A model generated the notes under the pieces. That model ran no database searches, was not told where the DNA came from, and was given only the letters and a program-made list of their open reading frames with translations. The position numbers were made by a program, and so were the translations under genes. From Chlamydiae bacterium RIFCSPHIGHO2_12_FULL_49_11 (lineage in GTDB: Bacteria > Chlamydiota > Chlamydiia > Chlamydiales > 2-12-FULL-49-11), in assembly GCA_001794905.1 (NCBI GenBank), contig MGLW01000001.1, positions 1 through 10,404 on the forward strand: a DNA stretch of 10,404 bases. The letters are read 5' to 3'. Shown piece by piece: positions 5,929 to 10,404 of the stretch. The number at the start of each line of letters is the position of its first letter. Positions within the stretch are counted from its first letter, which is position 1.

Positions 5929-7035
5929 ATGAACCGGTTCCATTCCCTGATCAATAAAAAATTACACATTGCTTGCCCTATCATCCAAGCTCCCCTCGCG
6001 GGTTCTAGCTCTCCCGAACTCGTTTCCGCCGTTTCAAACGCAGGTGCCTTAGGTTCTTTGGGTGCGGCGCTCATGTCCCCGGAAGCCATCACTGCCGCAA
6101 TCGGAAAAATACGGTCCTCGACCGACTGTCCTTTTAACGTCAATCTCCTCATTCCGTCAAAAACTCCCCGGAAGTCGGGTATTATTAAGATGCAGCGCAG
6201 GCTAAACCGGTTTCGGGAAGAGCTTCATATCGAGCAGCATCTTGTGCAGCCTGTGATAGAAAAAGGAAAATTCGAGCACCAGATAAAGGCGGTATTGGAA
6301 GCAAAAGTACCGATCTTCAGTTTTGCTTTCGGAATGCTCAGTGACAAGTGGATTGAGGCGTTCAAAAGAGCGGGGACAACGCTCATCGGAGTGGCGACCA
6401 CTCTCGAAGAAGCTCTTGCGCTGGAAAAAGCGGGGATAGACATGCTGGTGGCACAGGGGTGTGAAGCGAGCGGACATCGTGCCGGATTTTTAAACCGCGA
6501 AGAAGACGCCCTGATTGGAACAATGGCACTCGTTCCTCTTCTTAGCGATCGACTCACGATCCCGGTGATTGCGGAGGGAGGGATCATGGACGGACGAGCA
6601 GTTGGCGCAGCCCTGATAATGGGTGCCGAAGGGGTACAGCTTGGGACGGCATTTTTGACAACCGACGAGTCTCCGATTTCTCATGCCCATAAACATGCGC
6701 TCCTTTGCGGAGTGCAGTCCAAAACGGTTCTGACGCGGGCATTTTCCGGCCGCTTAGGGCGGGCGCTCGAAAACCGTTTCATCATTCAAATGCAGCATGA
6801 TAAAGGGCCAATTCCCTCCTTTCCGATCCAGGGAAGGCTCACTGCCGATATCCGGAAAAAAGCGGAAGAGACGGGAAATGGCGATTTTTGCTCTCTATGG
6901 GCCGGTCAGGGAGTAGAGTTTTGTCGCAAAATAAGCTGCAAAGAGCTCATCAATGCACTCATGGAAGAGCTCGAAGAAGCAATGGGGGGAACGCTTGCCT
7001 TTTACGAATATTTCCGGTGGAAGAAAAGTGCTTAG
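5929..7035 (+). CDS. Nitronate monooxygenase (2-nitropropane dioxygenase-like) family FMN TIM-barrel oxidoreductase (368 aa)
   Basis: Motifs IIQAPLAG, AVSNAGALGSLG, PFNVNL, SFAFG, VAQGCEASGHRAGF (catalytic His position), GGIMDG...GVQLGTAFL, TRAFSGR and SLWAGQG. Start placed at ATG 5929 because GTG 5923 lies within the SD GAGGTGAT. Confidence 0.9.
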   Translation: MNRFHSLINKKLHIACPIIQAPLAGSSSPELVSAVSNAGALGSLGAALMSPEAITAAIGKIRSSTDCPFNVNLLIPSKTPRKSGIIKMQRRLNRFREELHIEQHLVQPVIEKGKFEHQIKAVLEAKVPIFSFAFGMLSDKWIEAFKRAGTTLIGVATTLEEALALEKAGIDMLVAQGCEASGHRAGFLNREEDALIGTMALVPLLSDRLTIPVIAEGGIMDGRAVGAALIMGAEGVQLGTAFLTTDESPISHAHKHALLCGVQSKTVLTRAFSGRLGRALENRFIIQMQHDKGPIPSFPIQGRLTADIRKKAEETGNGDFCSLWAGQGVEFCRKISCKELINALMEELEEAMGGTLAFYEYFRWKKSA

Positions 7036-7039
7036 ATAA

Positions 7040-7068
7040 TTCCTTCAAATAATCTTCTTGCGTACAAT
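7040..7068 (+). promoter_or_regulatory. Candidate promoter for rsbV-miaA
   Basis: TTCCTT (7040-7045), 17 nt, TACAAT (7063-7068) in the 82-nt gap before rsbV. An alternative is TTGCGT (7058-7063) with TAAAAA (7080-7085). Motif match only. Confidence 0.35.
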
Positions 7069-7117
7069 CGCTGTTTCCATAAAAATTACGGGTCAGATAG
7101 GTCTAAATCGGGTGGTT

Positions 7118-7450
7118 ATGAAGATTGAGAAAGAAGAAAAAAACGGTGTTGTGATTTATCGGTGTGAAGGGCATCTCGATGCCAATACCGCTGTAAAAAT
7201 GGAAGAAGCCTTGCGCGTCATGATCGATGCGGGGAAGAAAAAATTGGTCATCGATTTCAGTAAAATTGACTACCTCAGCAGTGCGGGGATGCGTCTTTTG
7301 CTTTCGGTCACCAAGCGCCTTCATGCTGCAGGCGGAAAACTGGTTTTAATATCTCTTCAGGATAATGTCATGGAAATCATCAGGATGGCGGGATTCGAAT
7401 CGATCTTGAATTTATATATCAGTGAAGAAGAAGCTCTAAAGGCGATCTAG
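7118..7450 (+). CDS. rsbV: STAS-domain anti-sigma factor antagonist, RsbV2-like (110 aa)
   Basis: GxLDAxT and IDFSKIDYLSSAGMRLLL with the phosphoacceptor Ser at position 55 when started at ATG 7118; C-terminal MAGF...SEEEAL. Sits directly before miaA, as I recall for chlamydial rsbV2 (CT765). The TTG at 7058 adds 20 residues that do not look like STAS sequence. Confidence 0.92.
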   Translation: MKIEKEEKNGVVIYRCEGHLDANTAVKMEEALRVMIDAGKKKLVIDFSKIDYLSSAGMRLLLSVTKRLHAAGGKLVLISLQDNVMEIIRMAGFESILNLYISEEEALKAI

Positions 7451-8439
7451 TGGAGCCTAACATACGGTATGCCGAACGGAAAAAACCTGTGTGGGATGTT
7501 TCTCGGCCGATCAAGGTAGTTCTTTTGTCAGGTCCGACAGCCGTCGGAAAATCAAAACTTGCTGTCCTGCTTGCGAAAGAAGTGAAAGGCGAAGTTGTTT
7601 CTTGTGATTCAATGCAAGTGTATAAAGGGATGGATATCGGCACGGCGAAAACAACTCTCGGAGACATGGACGGCATTCCTCATTATATGATTGATTTGCG
7701 GGATGTGAGTGAGCCGATGACGGTGGTCGATTTTTACCGGCAAGCGATGGAAGCGGTCGAGCACATTGCCCGGAAAGGAAAAATACCGATTGTTGTGGGG
7801 GGTGCCGGATTTTATATGCGCACCCTATTGTATGGCCCCCCGAAAGGGCCCCCTTCCAATCCGCTGGTCCGCACCCGTATTGAGGACGAAATGGAAAAAT
7901 TCGGTCCCGAAATGCTGTATGCAAAGCTCCGAGCTATCGATCCCGATTATGCAGAGACGATCACGGTGCAAGACAAGCAGAAAATCATTCGATCCCTGGA
8001 AATCATCGCTATTGAAAACAAAAAGGTGAGTGAAATTCCAAAGCCGTCTCAAGAGGACGTCCCCTCCCATATCGATTTCAAATGTTATTTTGTCTATTAT
8101 CCCAAGGAAATTCTTTACTCTCTTATTGATACCCGGTGCGATGAGATGCTCCGGCGCGGTCTTTTGGAGGAAGTAAAGCACCTTCGCAAGGAAGGGCTGG
8201 AGTACAATGTGTCGGCTTCTCGGGCCATTGCTTATCGCCAGGCGATCGACTATCTCGATTCCCCTCAATCTCCTGAAGATTACCGCCTCTTTGTCGAGCG
8301 GTTCAAAAAAGCGTCCCGGAACTACGCCAAAAGACAGTTTACCTGGTTCAAGAAGGAACCTCACTTCCAATGGATCGAGCTTGACCGGAAGGCCCCTTCC
8401 CTCCTCATCGACCGTATCAAATACGATTTGGTGAAATAG
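7450..8439 (+). CDS. miaA: tRNA dimethylallyltransferase (329 aa)
   Basis: P-loop GPTAVGKS, DSMQVYKGMDIGTAK, VGGAGFY and YAKRQFTWF. The GTG start overlaps the rsbV TAG stop by 1 nt (TAGTG). Confidence 0.97.
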   Translation: MEPNIRYAERKKPVWDVSRPIKVVLLSGPTAVGKSKLAVLLAKEVKGEVVSCDSMQVYKGMDIGTAKTTLGDMDGIPHYMIDLRDVSEPMTVVDFYRQAMEAVEHIARKGKIPIVVGGAGFYMRTLLYGPPKGPPSNPLVRTRIEDEMEKFGPEMLYAKLRAIDPDYAETITVQDKQKIIRSLEIIAIENKKVSEIPKPSQEDVPSHIDFKCYFVYYPKEILYSLIDTRCDEMLRRGLLEEVKHLRKEGLEYNVSASRAIAYRQAIDYLDSPQSPEDYRLFVERFKKASRNYAKRQFTWFKKEPHFQWIELDRKAPSLLIDRIKYDLVK

Positions 8440-8440
8440 A

Positions 8441-8470
8441 TTTACTTTTTTCCGGAAGCTGTGTTACGAT
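8441..8470 (+). promoter_or_regulatory. Candidate internal promoter (extended -10) for the CT768-like gene and nadD
   Basis: TTTACT (8441-8446), 18 nt, TACGAT (8465-8470) preceded by TGn (TG at 8462-8463). Ends 9 nt before ATG 8480; no SD. Confidence 0.5.
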
Positions 8471-8479
8471 TCATGTCAT

Positions 8480-9931
8480 ATGTCGGATGAAATCAATTCT
8501 TTTTCTCAGATCATGGAAAAATTGAAGGGGAACTTGACCCTGCAGGAGCGTTTAAAAATCGCTCTTGATTTTATGGGCAATGCCCTGCGAACGGTGCCGA
8601 AGGCGGTGATGCGCGATTTCTGGATGATGAAACGCGAGTGTCTCACTTTGTTTAAACAATCCATGCATCCTGAGGAAAGACGCGTTTTCTGGGGCGAATA
8701 CTCGAAGCTTTTGGATGAGGCGCACCAAATCCAAAAATTGCACGACGCCGACTCTGCTTTTGAGGTAGAGCAGCTGCAACTTGCGATTGATGCGATGCAC
8801 AAAGCGATCGCTACTTTTTCGGCCGAGGACGTACCGCTGGAAATCGACGCAAGCTTGAAAATTCCGGGTCATATCAAAGAATTACAGAAAGAAATCATGT
8901 TCTATCAACCGATGGCAAGCCGGTATTTTGATCTACGCAAAGAGCTGCTCTCGATGGAAATCCGCCTTTCTCAAAAAAACAAATTACTTGCCGATCTCGG
9001 CAAAATGAAAGATCCGATTCTTAATCGCAAACGGGAATGTATCGAAAAGCTATCCGAGCATGTGACTGCCGATGTGGAAAACTTTATTGAGACCCAATTC
9101 GACATGGCAGGCAAATCCGTACGGCAGAATGCCAAAGCCTTTCGTTTGAAGGGAGAAATCAAGCGATTCCAGTCGATGATCCGGAATCTTGCGGTGTCGT
9201 CTCCCGTTTACCGGACTTTGCGCGAGCGACTCTCTCTTTGTTGGGACATTGCTCAGAAGTTTGACGAAGAGCAGGAAGAAAGTAAAGGACGCGAAGAAAA
9301 AGTGCATGGAGATATCTTGAGCCCCATCTTTGCAAAGATGGACGCTTTACCCCTCGATAACGCGCTTAAAAAAGCCCTTGCCGATTGTGAAGAAGAGGCG
9401 AAAAAATTGCGCCTTCCCCGCGAAGGTCTCGTGCTGCTGCGTAAAAAAACATCGGAAAAGCTCGACGCGTATTATGATAAGATTCGAGCCGATGAAGAAA
9501 AATTGCAGGGAGAGCGGGCCCGAAAACACGAGATGAAACTCTCGGAAAAAAATAGTTTCATTGCGAAAATCGAAGCGCTCCGGTCCCTCACTTTTGATGA
9601 AAAAATGAAGCTGGAAGCCGAATCCAAATCTCTCCCTTTCTCTAAAGATGAATGGATTGGTTTAGAACAGCAAATGGCTCTCCTCGTTTTTAAAGAGTCC
9701 CATGCATCCCTGGAAAAATTCGGCACGGACGAAATCGAAGACCATCTGCAGAAAATGGAAGAGTTTCGTGAAAAATCTGAGCGCCGGCTGCTGACATGTA
9801 AAACAGAAATGCAAGGGTGCGGCCTTGATTTGGAAAAGGCAATGGCCTTCCGAAATCTGATCGACAAAGAAGAAAGTCTCCTTGAGTCTCTCGAAGAGCT
9901 AGCCTTGCAGTTTGAAGAACGCATACCGTAA
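8480..9931 (+). CDS. Conserved chlamydial hypothetical helical/coiled-coil protein, CT768-like (483 aa)
   Basis: Glu/Lys/Leu-rich soluble protein. Segments DFWxMKRECLxLFK, FWxEYxxLLDEA, AFEVEQLQLAI, LRKELLxMEIR and LSxCWD resemble the CT768 family as I recall it, and its position downstream of rsbV-miaA fits. Family assignment is from memory and needs a search. Confidence 0.75.
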   Translation: MSDEINSFSQIMEKLKGNLTLQERLKIALDFMGNALRTVPKAVMRDFWMMKRECLTLFKQSMHPEERRVFWGEYSKLLDEAHQIQKLHDADSAFEVEQLQLAIDAMHKAIATFSAEDVPLEIDASLKIPGHIKELQKEIMFYQPMASRYFDLRKELLSMEIRLSQKNKLLADLGKMKDPILNRKRECIEKLSEHVTADVENFIETQFDMAGKSVRQNAKAFRLKGEIKRFQSMIRNLAVSSPVYRTLRERLSLCWDIAQKFDEEQEESKGREEKVHGDILSPIFAKMDALPLDNALKKALADCEEEAKKLRLPREGLVLLRKKTSEKLDAYYDKIRADEEKLQGERARKHEMKLSEKNSFIAKIEALRSLTFDEKMKLEAESKSLPFSKDEWIGLEQQMALLVFKESHASLEKFGTDEIEDHLQKMEEFREKSERRLLTCKTEMQGCGLDLEKAMAFRNLIDKEESLLESLEELALQFEERIP

Positions 9932-9933
9932 AT

Positions 9934-10404
9934 ATGAGAATCGGAATTTACGGCGGGACGTTCGATCCCATTCATAAAGGGCATACAAAACTGTTAGAAG
10001 CGCTCCAGGGAGTTTTTGATCGTATTTTTGTCGTCGTCGCAGGATGTTCTCCGGCAAAAGTAAATAGGCCGCCGCTTAGCTCCGGAGAGGACAGGATCGC
10101 GCTTGCAAAAGCGGCAACTTCCCGTTTAAAAGGAGTTGAGGTGTCCGACATCGAGGTGCGCCGCGCCGGCCCCTCCTACATGATCGATACGGTACGCGAT
10201 TTCCATGCACGGTTTCCGGACACCGTTTTACGGCTCATCCTTTCTGAAGAATATCTCGACGCCTTGATGACCTGGAAAGAAGCGAAAGAGCTGGTACAGC
10301 TTGCTCCGCCCCTTTTTGTATGTAATGAAAAAGGCGGCCGGGAAGAGGGGCCGTTTGAAAAAATTTTTCTTTCCACACTTCCCATATCTTCCACCGAAGT
10401 GCGG
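9934..10404 (+). CDS. nadD: Nicotinate/nicotinamide-nucleotide adenylyltransferase, 3' end beyond the window
   Basis: Not in the ORF track; translated by hand from ATG 9934 (157 codons, no stop): MRIGIYGGTFDPIHKGHTKLLE...SPAK...SDIEVRRAGPSYMIDTVR...LILSEEYLDALMTWKEAKEL...LPISSTEVR. Has GGTFDPxHxGH, the conserved W and ISSTxVR. Starts after a 2-nt gap from the upstream stop. Confidence 0.9.
   Translation, partial: MRIGIYGGTFDPIHKGHTKLLEALQGVFDRIFVVVAGCSPAKVNRPPLSSGEDRIALAKAATSRLKGVEVSDIEVRRAGPSYMIDTVRDFHARFPDTVLRLILSEEYLDALMTWKEAKELVQLAPPLFVCNEKGGREEGPFEKIFLSTLPISSTEVR

Noticed and set aside
7036..7117. Intrinsic terminators after the monooxygenase or after miaA (8440-8479)
   Set aside because: No GC-rich stem followed by a U-tract. 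TTCCGGAA at 8450-8457 has no loop and its T-run is on the wrong side.
7419..9984. Minus-strand ORFs opposite miaA and the CT768-like gene (7511-7924, 7825-8370, 8506-8802, 9472-9984 and others)
   Set aside because: Antisense shadows. The Ser/Phe-rich translations mirror the Glu/Lys codons on the coding strand.
4754..10220. Nine TCCGGA palindromes counted by eye (4754, 5311, 5386, 5443, 6851, 8451, 9180, 10081, 10215), none noticed in the cyo operon
   Set aside because: The word was picked after the fact, the sites are irregularly spaced and mostly coding, and codon-pair usage can explain them. A genome-wide Markov-corrected count would be needed.

Overview
Chromosomal segment most likely from an environmental (non-Chlamydiaceae) chlamydia; the lineage is inferred from gene order and protein signatures, not from a database search. 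The minus-strand half carries a cytochrome bo3-type quinol oxidase operon, cyoABCDE (cyoE cut by the window edge). Upstream of it is a 565-aa orphan with a C-terminal membrane anchor, a 42-bp in-frame tandem duplication and a larger degenerate internal repeat. The plus-strand half, divergent across an AT-rich ~88-bp gap, carries a nitronate-monooxygenase-family flavoprotein, then rsbV - miaA - CT768-like helical protein - nadD (cut by the window edge). cyoE and nadD are missing from the supplied ORF track. I see no RNA genes, mobile elements or CRISPR arrays, and I cannot support a complete new multi-gene system. The best leads are: the tail-anchored repeat orphan; an oxidase with Lys replacing the quinone-site Arg and Val replacing the lipobox Cys; a NadD with altered active-site motifs; and the absence of an mqnC-like gene between miaA and the CT768-like gene.
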